Shown in pieces: positions 18,884-27,646 of a DNA stretch of 64,000 bases; positions within the stretch are counted from its first letter, which is position 1; every line of letters begins with the position of its first letter. Location: the NCBI GenBank assembly GCA_028707255.1, contig JAQTUQ010000006.1, positions 8,832 through 72,831 on the forward strand. Reading direction: 5' to 3'. The notes below the pieces were generated by a model. It ran no database searches. It worked only from the letters and a program-made list of their open reading frames with translations, and was not told where the DNA came from. Source of the stretch: Dehalococcoidales bacterium (lineage in GTDB: Bacteria; Chloroflexota; Dehalococcoidia; Dehalococcoidales; UBA5627). The position numbers and the translations under genes are program-made.

Positions 18884-19381
18884 TTGGACGCTTATCTGGA
18901 TATCGAAACGACCGGTTTATCTTGCCAATCATCTTATATAACTGTCATAGGAATTTACCTGGTCAACGGCTGTAACAGTCGATTGATTCAACTGGTAGGT
19001 AACGACGCTACCGCAGACAACCTGCTCGAATCGATAAACAGGGTAACAAATCTTTACACCTATAATGGTAGCCGTTTCGACCTCCCTTTTATATACGGTT
19101 CTATCGGGATCAACCTTGAGAGCATGACATCGCACCGCGACCTGATGTATGATTGCTGGAGATGTAATCTGAAGGGCGGTTTTAAAGCGGTAGAACAAAA
19201 ATTGGGGATATCCAGGGAATCGATAGGAATTACCGGATGGGACGCCGTACTGTTATGGAACAAATATGTCAGATGTGGAGACCTCGACGCTTTGCAAACT
19301 CTTTTAAAATATAATGGAGAAGATGTCATCAATCTTAAAATATTGAGAGAGAAGCTGGAAGATTTCCCGTTTCTTGATTGA
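18884..19381 (+). CDS. RNase H-fold 3'-5' exonuclease, YprB/MrfB-exonuclease-like
   Basis: DEDD-type motifs: LDIETTGL (ExoI), YNGSRFDLPFI (ExoII), YNGEDVINL (ExoIII). TTG start with AAGGA 6 nt upstream. Confidence 0.65.
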   Translation: MDAYLDIETTGLSCQSSYITVIGIYLVNGCNSRLIQLVGNDATADNLLESINRVTNLYTYNGSRFDLPFIYGSIGINLESMTSHRDLMYDCWRCNLKGGFKAVEQKLGISRESIGITGWDAVLLWNKYVRCGDLDALQTLLKYNGEDVINLKILREKLEDFPFLD

Positions 19382-19390
19382 GGGTAAAAA

Positions 19391-20857
19391 ATGGCGTCTA
19401 AACTGTTGACCAAGAGTAAATTTCTCTACGGTATACAGTGCCCCAGGCTGCTGTGGATATCTGCGAATCAGCCAGACCTGATACCGCAGCCGGATGCCGC
19501 CACACAGTTTTTATTCGACCAGGGGCAGCAGGTCGGTGAACTGGCAAAGCAGCTCTATCCTGATGGAATAGATGTTTCGCAGGATAGTTTTATGGATAAT
19601 ATCAACAAGACGAAAGAACTGCTCGCTTTAAGAAAACCGTTGTTCGAGGCCGGAGTTATGGCGGGGAGGCTTTTTTCACGTACCGACATATTAAATCCTG
19701 TCAATGATGATGAATGGGATATCATAGAGGTAAAAAGCTCCACGGAAGTTAAGGAAATAAATATACATGATGTGTCTTTTCAGAAAATATGCTGGGAAGA
19801 AAGCGGATTAAAGGTCAGAAATTGCTGTCTGGTTTATATAAATAATAAATACGTAAAAAACGGTAAAATCGACCCGGAAGAACTCTTTATTGCAGAAGAC
19901 ATCAGCGAACGGGTAGAGGAAATAAGCGACAGCGCCAGAGAGAGGATATATGAAGTGCTGCGGACTATCGGCGAACCGGATTGCCCCGAAGCACTTATCG
20001 GAGCCTGCTGCAGCGCCCCGTATGAATGTGCTTTAATGGGAAATTGTTGGGCGGAACTGCCGGAGCATAATGTTTTTACCCTGTATTACGGCGGTAAAAA
20101 ATCCTGCGCACTTTATGATAACGGTATCGTTGAAATTGTCGATATTCCCGATAGCTATAAACTCAGCGATAAGCAGCAGATACAACGCTCCTGCGTTACC
20201 GGAAACAATGTACATGTCGATAAAGAAAGTATAAGGGATTTTCTCGGCACTCTCGCATATCCTTTGTATTTCCTCGATTTCGAGACATTCAACACTGCCG
20301 TACCTCTTTACGATGGCACCCGGCCGTATCAGAACATCCCGTTCCAGTTTTCTCTGCATGTACAGGAGGTTCCAGGCGGACATCTAAATCACTACTGGTA
20401 CCTGGCAGGCGGTGATGACGACCCCAGACCGGGGTTAGTATCGGCATTGCGTCACTATATCGGCGGAAACGGCAGTATAGTTGCCTATAATAAATCCTTT
20501 GAGGAAAACGTTTTGAAGGAACTGGCGGCAGCCTTCCCGGAATATACAGGCTGGATAAACAGTATCTTGTCGAGGTTTGTCGACCTGATTACTCCGTTTC
20601 GCAATTTTTCCTATTACAATCCCTTGCAGCAGGGCAGCGCATCATTGAAAAAGGTATTGCCGGCAATAACCGGCAGCGGTTACGATGGGATGAAGATTGC
20701 AAAAGGCGATGATGCCAGCCTTGCCTATCTTGAAATAGCTTTCGGGAATATCAGTGATGAAAAAATTATTGAAATCCGTGAGAATCTGCTTGCCTATTGT
20801 GGATTGGATACGGAAGCCATGGCGAGAATTGTTGAAAAATTGCGCCTTTTGCTTTAA
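19391..20857 (+). CDS. DUF2779-family protein: N-terminal PD-(D/E)XK/Cas4-like nuclease plus C-terminal RNase H-fold exonuclease-like domain
   Basis: The N-terminus (SKSKFLYGIQCPRLLW) and FLDFETFNTAVPLY…IPFQFSLH are typical of DUF2779. DIIEVKSS looks like a (D/E)xK motif. A Cys cluster (CCSAPYECALMGNCW) plus C17 resembles Cas4/AddB Fe-S ligands. YNKSFEENVL and YCGLDTEAM look like Exo motifs. Confidence 0.7.
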   Translation: MASKLLTKSKFLYGIQCPRLLWISANQPDLIPQPDAATQFLFDQGQQVGELAKQLYPDGIDVSQDSFMDNINKTKELLALRKPLFEAGVMAGRLFSRTDILNPVNDDEWDIIEVKSSTEVKEINIHDVSFQKICWEESGLKVRNCCLVYINNKYVKNGKIDPEELFIAEDISERVEEISDSARERIYEVLRTIGEPDCPEALIGACCSAPYECALMGNCWAELPEHNVFTLYYGGKKSCALYDNGIVEIVDIPDSYKLSDKQQIQRSCVTGNNVHVDKESIRDFLGTLAYPLYFLDFETFNTAVPLYDGTRPYQNIPFQFSLHVQEVPGGHLNHYWYLAGGDDDPRPGLVSALRHYIGGNGSIVAYNKSFEENVLKELAAAFPEYTGWINSILSRFVDLITPFRNFSYYNPLQQGSASLKKVLPAITGSGYDGMKIAKGDDASLAYLEIAFGNISDEKIIEIRENLLAYCGLDTEAMARIVEKLRLLL

Positions 20858-20898
20858 TCTGTATGTATTTTTATCGACGGGATGATGGATAGTTTTAA

Positions 20899-21135
20899 AT
20901 GGAAACAAGCAATGATAACCTGCCGCTCAACCCCAAGGTTCTGATAGAACTGGTAACTACCCGCATGCCATTTGGGAAATACACGGGGCGGTTACTCTGC
21001 GACTTGCCGGAGCCCTATCTCGTCTGGCTGAAACAAAAGGGATTCTCTCACGATAAACTGGGAGAACAATTATTCGCCGTTTATGAAATAAAGTCCAACG
21101 GATTGGACTATCTTTTAAAACCCCTCAGAAAATAG
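20899..21135 (+). CDS. DUF3820-family small protein
   Basis: 78 aa with the pattern MPFGKYTGRLLCDLPEPYLVWLKQKGF…, characteristic of DUF3820 (recalled from memory). Confidence 0.6.
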   Translation: METSNDNLPLNPKVLIELVTTRMPFGKYTGRLLCDLPEPYLVWLKQKGFSHDKLGEQLFAVYEIKSNGLDYLLKPLRK

Positions 21136-21219
21136 GTTTTCGTTCAGTTAACCGACATGTATAATTGAACAAGGTTATCAATAAAATCTATAATTATAAT
21201 AGGTCTGGAGGTATAGACA

Positions 21220-21672
21220 TTGAAAACACTAGTTATTTTTGATTCACTCTACGGCAACACGGAGATAATTGCCAGGGCTATCGCAGAGGCGATTACGGGG
21301 GATGTAAAAGTTCTTAAAGCCGACGATGCCAGACCTTTGGATATCAGTGATATCGATTTATTAATAATCGGCTCGCCCACGCAGGGCGGCAGGCACACCA
21401 AGTCTGTGGAAGCATTGTTAACTGAAATATCGGGGACTTTTGACAAGAGCACTAAAATTGCTGTATTCGATACCAGGATGCCTGCCAAATGGGTCAAGAT
21501 TTTCGGCTTTGCTGCCGGTAAGCTGGCGGATTTCTTTAAAAAAGAGGGCTTTGAACCGGTTGTTCCTCCCGAACCCTTCATGGTGGAAGGTGCCAAAGGC
21601 CCTTTAAAAGAGGGGGAACAGGAACGGGCGGCGGAGTGGGGTAAAAACATCGGGCGGATGATAAACGCGTAG
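21220..21672 (+). CDS. Flavodoxin
   Basis: TTG start. N-terminal FMN phosphate loop (VIFDSLYGNTEIIARAIA) and IGSPTQGG. Confidence 0.8.
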   Translation: MKTLVIFDSLYGNTEIIARAIAEAITGDVKVLKADDARPLDISDIDLLIIGSPTQGGRHTKSVEALLTEISGTFDKSTKIAVFDTRMPAKWVKIFGFAAGKLADFFKKEGFEPVVPPEPFMVEGAKGPLKEGEQERAAEWGKNIGRMINA

Positions 21673-21679
21673 CGTTGTT

Positions 21680-23038
21680 TTATTTATCGCTTTTTAAAGT
21701 TAGCTGAATATTTTTATTCTTTACCGATACGTCGGCGACATCCGGTAATTTTTTCAATATATCGGCAAGCGGGATCTCTTCATCCAGTTTGACATGGATA
21801 ATCGTATCCCTGTTTACTTCCCCGCTGATAAAAAGCATCCTGACCTTATCGATATTATTCAGTTGATCGCCGAGTAATTTTATTCTATGTGACTCGGTAG
21901 GTGATTTTATGGTAATTCTGACAATTTCGCTATAAAGAGTTGCCCCCATGTTCTCTGATTCGGTTTCTGAAGCCCGAATATCCCCTGTTGCAGATTCATT
22001 ATCCTCAACGGATAATATAGAGGCCGGTTTCTCTTCAACCGAAACAACCTCATCTGTTTCGGGTATTTCAACAGGTTCCGGTTGTTTATCGATATCTACC
22101 GCTTTGTCGGATTGCTCCTGCATTTCCGGCTCTTCAGTTGCTATACTTTCTTCTGTAAAAGGTTCAAGGTCATCATCGGAATCTTTAAAGGTAGCTGTTT
22201 CCGCTTCGAGAGCAGGCTTATCCGGTAGCGTTAGTTCTTCAATTTCCTGCGAATCATATTCTTTGAGAGATGTTGCTGCGCTTTTTTCCTGCTTTTCTTC
22301 CAGCATTACTGTTGATGAAAGCTCTTCTCTTTCCGGTAAACGTGAGCCATTCTTCAGGTTTATGATATCTTCCCGAGCCTGTTTTCTGATTGCGGCCGTA
22401 TTCTGAATATAGTTTTTCTGAATCTCATCGACCGTGTTTCTATACCGCAAATCGGCATCATTAATTGCCTTGAGATGAACATTTCTGGCATCGATGATAG
22501 TACGACTCATAGTACGTTTTTGTAATTCCTCTTCCTTTACGATATCTCTGTATGCGATATCGAGAGCTTTCCGTGTAGCGTGCTTCTCTTCGAACAGTGC
22601 CTCTTTAATAGCTCTTTCGGTATTGTATCTGGCCAGTCGTATTTTCTTCAGAGTATCATATTTAATTTTTTGGATTGTTTTTCTATCTGCTCCGCTGATT
22701 TTTGCGGCTTCTTCATCGTAAGCTTCTCTGGTGATTCTGTTTTCCAAATTACGAGCTTCTGTAACCGCATCGGCTCTTGTTTTCTTGATTTCATCGAGGT
22801 TATTTTTGTTCGCTTCCCTGATAGCTTTTATAGAGCTATCAAAGCTTTGCTGCATATCCCGCAGAGTACGCATCTCGGTTTCTCTGGCTAATACCAGTTC
22901 AAGCTCCCTTGTTTCGGCAGCCTTGCTAATAGCCAGACGCGCATCATATTGAGCTTTAGCCAATGCGTCTTTTTCATCCTGGCGGATTTTCCTGATAGTT
23001 CTTTTTAAATTAGCCGCTTCGTTATTTTTACCGGACAA
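21680..23038 (-). CDS. Hypothetical repeat-rich helical / acidic-linker protein
   Basis: 452-aa ORF. The N-terminal ~230 aa are basic, helical and quasi-repetitive. Next come ~130 aa of acidic low-complexity sequence, then a ~85-aa C-terminal globular domain. No family recognised. Confidence 0.6.
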   Translation of the reverse strand: MSGKNNEAANLKRTIRKIRQDEKDALAKAQYDARLAISKAAETRELELVLARETEMRTLRDMQQSFDSSIKAIREANKNNLDEIKKTRADAVTEARNLENRITREAYDEEAAKISGADRKTIQKIKYDTLKKIRLARYNTERAIKEALFEEKHATRKALDIAYRDIVKEEELQKRTMSRTIIDARNVHLKAINDADLRYRNTVDEIQKNYIQNTAAIRKQAREDIINLKNGSRLPEREELSSTVMLEEKQEKSAATSLKEYDSQEIEELTLPDKPALEAETATFKDSDDDLEPFTEESIATEEPEMQEQSDKAVDIDKQPEPVEIPETDEVVSVEEKPASILSVEDNESATGDIRASETESENMGATLYSEIVRITIKSPTESHRIKLLGDQLNNIDKVRMLFISGEVNRDTIIHVKLDEEIPLADILKKLPDVADVSVKNKNIQLTLKSDK

Positions 23039-23297
23039 ACTTTCCTCCGCATATTTACGGAATATATCTTATTCAAATGTCACTGGACGTGCATAACATG
23101 CTTTTATGTGAATAAGTATAAGCACAGCGATATTTACTGTCAACATATGGAAGACAAGTGGTTGAACAAATACGGATTTTCAGTATGCGTCAATAAGCGA
23201 TCCCGATAAATGCCATTAAAATACGCCATTTAAAGGTGTTTGGTTTAATAAAAATTACCGGATACTAAAGGATTATAATCAAGTTAGCTAGTAAACC

Positions 23298-24305
23298 TTA
23301 ATTTGCGTTACCTGTGGCGATATTATAGCTGTTTTCCAATATCGCTATGGCTTGCAATAACGATTCTAAAACCTCTCCCGAATTATTAGCCGTAGCCATG
23401 TATAAAGCCATTATATTATTGTATAAAGTATCGACCAGCAATTGATTGCCGGTGTTAATAAAATATAAGGGGGGAGTCCCTATAAATTGAGCGGAACCGG
23501 TAGTATCCGTGGTAAAGCTTCCTGCAACAGTGTTTGCTTCACCGCCGGCAGTAACGGTTTTAGTTACGGTAACTGCGCTCGTTCTTATTGTATCGGTTGT
23601 TTGTGTAAGTGTAATATGCTTATCGGGTGTAGTCATCTCCTCGGAATCAATCCGTATCGTTTCTGTCATGGTTACCGTCGACATTCCATTTAGTGTTTCT
23701 GCTCCCGGTACAGTAGCCGATAAGCTTGTATCCTGCGAGAGAGTGTATATCATGGCTAACTGATTCTGCATTATTCTTGAAGACTTATCCATAGCTTCGA
23801 CATTATTCGCATAGGCCATCGACACTATCTCATTTACGCGTTCGGCAACGAATTCAGAATATAAATTAGCTTTACCCGCGTTATCGAAAGTAAAAAACAA
23901 CTGTACCTGCTCGGATGCCAATTTTACATTATAAAGCGGGTCGCTGGGCATGCTACTATTGGCAGCCGCTACCGTTCCGCCGCCGGAAAGCAACAGGACT
24001 ATACAAAGAGATAGCGCCACAGGCGCCCATTGTCCCTGCCATCTGAACGAAGCGCGTTTCGGGGCGTTAGCGTAATTTGCTTTCGAGTTTAATTCATATC
24101 TCAACCTGGCTTTAAAATCCGGACACGCTTCAATTGAACTCATCGCCTTCTGAGTTTTTATGGAAATATCCAGGAGAGATTTCAACTCGTCACGACATTC
24201 GGGATAATCCGCAAGACATTTTTCCGTGGATTCACCGCCGATGAGAATTCTATCGAGGCAATCATCCAGTATTCTATCCAGATTATTTGCTTTTTTCTTA
24301 AACAT
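23298..24305 (-). CDS. Putative anti-sigma factor (zf-HC2-like N-terminus, TM, DUF5667-like ectodomain)
   Basis: Overlaps the upstream ECF sigma gene by 8 nt. N-terminal CLADYPEC…, a single TM helix (WAPVALSLCIVLLLSG), and an extracytoplasmic helical domain. Confidence 0.6.
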   Translation of the reverse strand: MFKKKANNLDRILDDCLDRILIGGESTEKCLADYPECRDELKSLLDISIKTQKAMSSIEACPDFKARLRYELNSKANYANAPKRASFRWQGQWAPVALSLCIVLLLSGGGTVAAANSSMPSDPLYNVKLASEQVQLFFTFDNAGKANLYSEFVAERVNEIVSMAYANNVEAMDKSSRIMQNQLAMIYTLSQDTSLSATVPGAETLNGMSTVTMTETIRIDSEEMTTPDKHITLTQTTDTIRTSAVTVTKTVTAGGEANTVAGSFTTDTTGSAQFIGTPPLYFINTGNQLLVDTLYNNIMALYMATANNSGEVLESLLQAIAILENSYNIATGNAN

Positions 24306-24840
24306 TTTCTTCTACCATCATTAATTTTCTCAGAGCAGCTATGGCGCTGTGTTGCAGGGCTTTAACAGCTCCCTGCGTCTTTCCCATGATACGCGCAACT
24401 TCCGCAATCGGCAGTTCACCGGCAAAACGCAAGGCAATCACTTCCTGTTGCGCGGCAGTTAATCTTTTAGATGCGATTAACAGTCTTTCGACATCCGCTT
24501 TGTCCTCTATCGCTTTTTGAGGGTCATAACTTGTGACAGCCATATATTCATATAGCGGAGTGGTCGCTTGCCTCGATTGTTTGCGGTAATAATCGATTAC
24601 CTGGTTATGCGCAATACGGAAAAGCCATGCCGAGAAGGGCACATCCTTCCATTTATAAGACGAAATCGACTGCAACGCTTTAATAAACACCTGCTGTGTC
24701 ATATCTTCAGCCTCTGTATTATTGCCAACTTTAAGAGAAATATAGCGATAAATCTTATCGAAGTTCTGCTCATAAAGCTTGGCAAAAGCCTCTTGATTGC
24801 ACTTTTGTGCTTGAAGTACCAGGCTTTGCTCTTCCTGCAC
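24298..24840 (-). CDS. ECF-type RNA polymerase sigma-70 factor
   Basis: Region 2 (…FDKIYRYISLKV…AEDMTQQVFIKA…) and region 4 HTH (…LPIAEVARIMGKTQGAVKALQHSA…). GTG start with AAGGAG 7 nt upstream. Confidence 0.85.
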   Translation of the reverse strand: MQEEQSLVLQAQKCNQEAFAKLYEQNFDKIYRYISLKVGNNTEAEDMTQQVFIKALQSISSYKWKDVPFSAWLFRIAHNQVIDYYRKQSRQATTPLYEYMAVTSYDPQKAIEDKADVERLLIASKRLTAAQQEVIALRFAGELPIAEVARIMGKTQGAVKALQHSAIAALRKLMMVEENV

Positions 24841-25089
24841 CCGACAACTCCTTACCGAATATACTCAACCGGAATACTGCTCCGAGAGGAGTAAACCGGT
24901 ACATTGGTGTTACCACGTGCAATAATTATAACGAAGCATTTAATAAAAGGATAGTTTCATAATAATTAAACAATAAAAAATAATTCAAAAAACAAAAATA
25001 AATATTTATATTGTATATAAAATGATGTATAGTATAGTTATAATGTACTTAGAATAGTTTAATATAATTATGGTTAGGAAAGGTTGGTA

Positions 25090-25284
25090 ATGGAAAATCA
25101 TAATATTGAACCGATGCTTACGACCAGCGAAGTTGCGCGTAAACTGAATCTGCATGTCAATACCATCAGGAGATGGAGCAATCTGGGGATTTTAAAAACC
25201 TATCGAATCGGACCCAGAGGCGACCGTCGTTTTAAAACACAGGATGTAGATGAGTTGCTTCAGAAAAGCGGTAAAACCAAATAA
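25090..25284 (+). CDS. Excisionase/MerR-superfamily helix-turn-helix DNA-binding protein
   Basis: LTTSEVARKLNLHVNTIRRWSNLGILKTYRIGPRGDRRF is a typical excisionase-type HTH_17 pattern. AGGAAAGG lies 6 nt before ATG 25090. Confidence 0.7.
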   Translation: MENHNIEPMLTTSEVARKLNLHVNTIRRWSNLGILKTYRIGPRGDRRFKTQDVDELLQKSGKTK

Positions 25285-25312
25285 CGGAATATATTATTGG
25301 AAGGGGTATCAA

Positions 25313-25984
25313 GTGCCTAAAACAAAAGTAATGATAATAGATGAGCAACCCTTTTTTAGGGCCGGGGTACGCCAGGCTTTATCCAATCAGGGAAACTTTG
25401 AAATATCGGAATGCAGTCCGGATAAGGATACTTTAATTAAAATCGAAGCGCAATCACCGGATATCGTACTTCTTGGCTCCGACCTTGCCACGCACAGTGG
25501 GCTTGAACTCGGTAAAAAAATAGCCAGAAATTTTCCCACTACCAAGGTTATCATTCTCAGTCCCGACCCGAACGATGAAGAGCTATTCGATGTTATCAGA
25601 AGCGCAGCGGTAGCCTGTCTCAAGAAAAACGCATCCTCTGAGGAGTTGATTGATACCATTAATAAGGCATCCAGAGGCGAATACCCGATTAATGAAACGT
25701 TTTTATCCAGACCAAATATAGCGCAGCAGGTGTTAAAACAGTTCGAAGACATTTCTTCAATCAGTGCTCATGCGGAAAACGTAGTAGCCGTTTTAACAAA
25801 AAGAGAGCAGCAAATCTTGAAATATATAGCAGATGGTAATACCAACAGACAGATTGCAAATAATCTGTCGATTAGCGAACAAACAATTAAAAATCATGTC
25901 AGCGCTATACTGCGCAAACTGAATGCAAATGACAGAGCGCATGCAGTTGTATTAGCCATAAGAAGCGGTTTAATTAAGTTATAG
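25313..25984 (+). CDS. LuxR/NarL-family response regulator with atypical receiver
   Basis: Receiver-like N-terminus (VMIIDEQPFFRAGV…) and a C-terminal LuxR HTH (LTKREQQILKYIADGNTNRQIANNLSISEQTIKNHVSAILRKL). GTG 25313 with GGAAGGGG upstream is preferred over the 25250 ORF start. Confidence 0.8.
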   Translation: MPKTKVMIIDEQPFFRAGVRQALSNQGNFEISECSPDKDTLIKIEAQSPDIVLLGSDLATHSGLELGKKIARNFPTTKVIILSPDPNDEELFDVIRSAAVACLKKNASSEELIDTINKASRGEYPINETFLSRPNIAQQVLKQFEDISSISAHAENVVAVLTKREQQILKYIADGNTNRQIANNLSISEQTIKNHVSAILRKLNANDRAHAVVLAIRSGLIKL

Positions 25985-26031
25985 CGCAGTTTAATAATAT
26001 CTTATATAAATATTGTGCATGGGAGATTCGG

Positions 26032-27633
26032 ATGGATAGTAAAAATGACAATGAGGACATAGCTGTAAGCGGTGAAAAATCCGAAGAGAAAAGCGGCTTA
26101 AATAAAGTTCCTCTTGAAAAAAATAATATCAAACAATCTTCGGCAGGCAAATCGTTGAGACAGACGGCACAGCCCGAGGCAATAATGCTTATCCCGGAAG
26201 TTCTGGCGCGCAGATATAATGCCATACCTATAACGATTTCAGGGAAGACGCTTGAAGTAGCCATGTCCGACCCGTCGGATATTTTAACTCTCGAAGCTTT
26301 TTCCATACAAAGCCGTATGAGAATCAAACCTGTAATCGCTCCAGCCAAGGATATCAGGGATGCCATTGATTTTAACTATAAAGCATACGGAGAAATAGAA
26401 AGACAGATTTCCAGTATTTCATTCGGGTCTTCAAAAGAAGACGATAAAATGGATTACGATGTGATAATCGATGCCCCGCTGGTAAAGGCGCTGAATCTAA
26501 TAATATCGGAAGGCATCAAAGCACGCGCTTCCGATATTCATATAGAACCAGAAGAGCGGCGTTTAAGGATAAGATATCGTATTGACGGTACTTTGCAGGA
26601 TATGATGTCATTACCTATGGATATTCATGCAGCTCTGATTTCGCGTATAAAAATTCTGGCAAGTATGAATATAGCAGACCATTTCCGGGCTCAGGACGGG
26701 CAATTTTCAACTGAGAGTAATGGCAGAAAAATAGATATCCGCGTTGCTACTGCTCCTACTGTAAACGGTGAAATGTCGGTTCTGCGTATACTTGATAAAT
26801 CCACTGCCATGCTCGGGCTATCCGAGCTGGGTATGCTATCCGATAGCCAGCAGGGATTCGAGCATCTTTTAAAAATACCTTATGGAATGATACTTGTCAG
26901 CGGGCCTACCGGCGCCGGCAAAACAACTACATTGTACGCGGCAGTTAATTCGCTCGATAAAATGGGCAGAAATATTGTCACCATTGAAGACCCGGCTGAA
27001 TACAGGTTTGAGGATATTAATCAGATACAGGTAAATACACAGGCAGGAATAACTTTTGCCAGTGGGTTGCGCTCGATTTTAAGGCTGGACCCCGATGTCA
27101 TACTTGTAGGCGAGATTCGTGACACGGAAACTGCCAATATTGCGGTTCAGTCTGCTTTGACGGGTCATCTCCTGTTATCTTCAATACATGCTAACGACAC
27201 CATAGGCGTAATATTCCGTTTGATGGATTTAGGTGTGGAGCCATTTCTGATTGCATCATCGGTTATCGGTGTTCTGGCGCAAAGAATGATACGCAAAATT
27301 TGCCCTGATTGTCAGCAGACAATCGAAGCTCCCGCTCTGGAACAGATAGCATATGAAAAAGAAATGGGTGAAAAACGTACTCATTTTATATATGCATCCG
27401 GATGTAAAACCTGCGGATATACCGGATTTTTAAGACGTACCGGTATATATGAGATTCTCACGATGAGTGACAGTATCCGAAGGATGATTGTAAAGGGTGT
27501 TAATCCCAGCGATATCAGAGAACAGGCTCTCAAAGAGGGTATGGTTACAATGATTAATGACGGCATGCGCAAAGTACAGCAGGGAATTACTACACCCTCC
27601 GAAATACTGCGCAATGTCTATAATGAATTGTAA
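26032..27633 (+). CDS. pilB: Type IV pilus assembly ATPase PilB (GspE family)
   Basis: T2SSE N-domain, Walker A (VSGPTGAGKTTT), Asp/His boxes, and a tetracysteine motif (CPDC…CKTC). Confidence 0.9.
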   Translation: MDSKNDNEDIAVSGEKSEEKSGLNKVPLEKNNIKQSSAGKSLRQTAQPEAIMLIPEVLARRYNAIPITISGKTLEVAMSDPSDILTLEAFSIQSRMRIKPVIAPAKDIRDAIDFNYKAYGEIERQISSISFGSSKEDDKMDYDVIIDAPLVKALNLIISEGIKARASDIHIEPEERRLRIRYRIDGTLQDMMSLPMDIHAALISRIKILASMNIADHFRAQDGQFSTESNGRKIDIRVATAPTVNGEMSVLRILDKSTAMLGLSELGMLSDSQQGFEHLLKIPYGMILVSGPTGAGKTTTLYAAVNSLDKMGRNIVTIEDPAEYRFEDINQIQVNTQAGITFASGLRSILRLDPDVILVGEIRDTETANIAVQSALTGHLLLSSIHANDTIGVIFRLMDLGVEPFLIASSVIGVLAQRMIRKICPDCQQTIEAPALEQIAYEKEMGEKRTHFIYASGCKTCGYTGFLRRTGIYEILTMSDSIRRMIVKGVNPSDIREQALKEGMVTMINDGMRKVQQGITTPSEILRNVYNEL

Positions 27634-27646
27634 TTTGAGGTGTCAA

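Noticed and set aside
21948-22952. Several Ser/Phe-rich plus-strand ORFs (21948..22406, 22494..22721, 22580..22891, 22731..22952)
   Set aside because: All are antisense to the 452-aa minus-strand ORF. Their low-complexity Ser/Leu/Phe content is the mirror of its Glu/Lys/Arg-rich repeats.
24841-25083. Very AT-rich divergent region between the ECF sigma operon and the pilus operon (several TATAAT-like hexamers, e.g. 25039-25044 and 25063-25068)
   Set aside because: It is likely regulatory. No hexamer pair had proper 16-18-nt spacing to a -35 element, and no ECF-type GGAAC…CGT motif was convincing, so no specific promoter is called.
27557-27646. Upstream extensions of track ORFs (pilC from 27557, the LuxR regulator from 25250, pilT from 34018, thrC from 10764, pepP to 59674)
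   Set aside because: The extensions overlap the preceding gene and lack SD sequences. Internal starts with good SD spacing give N-termini that match the families.
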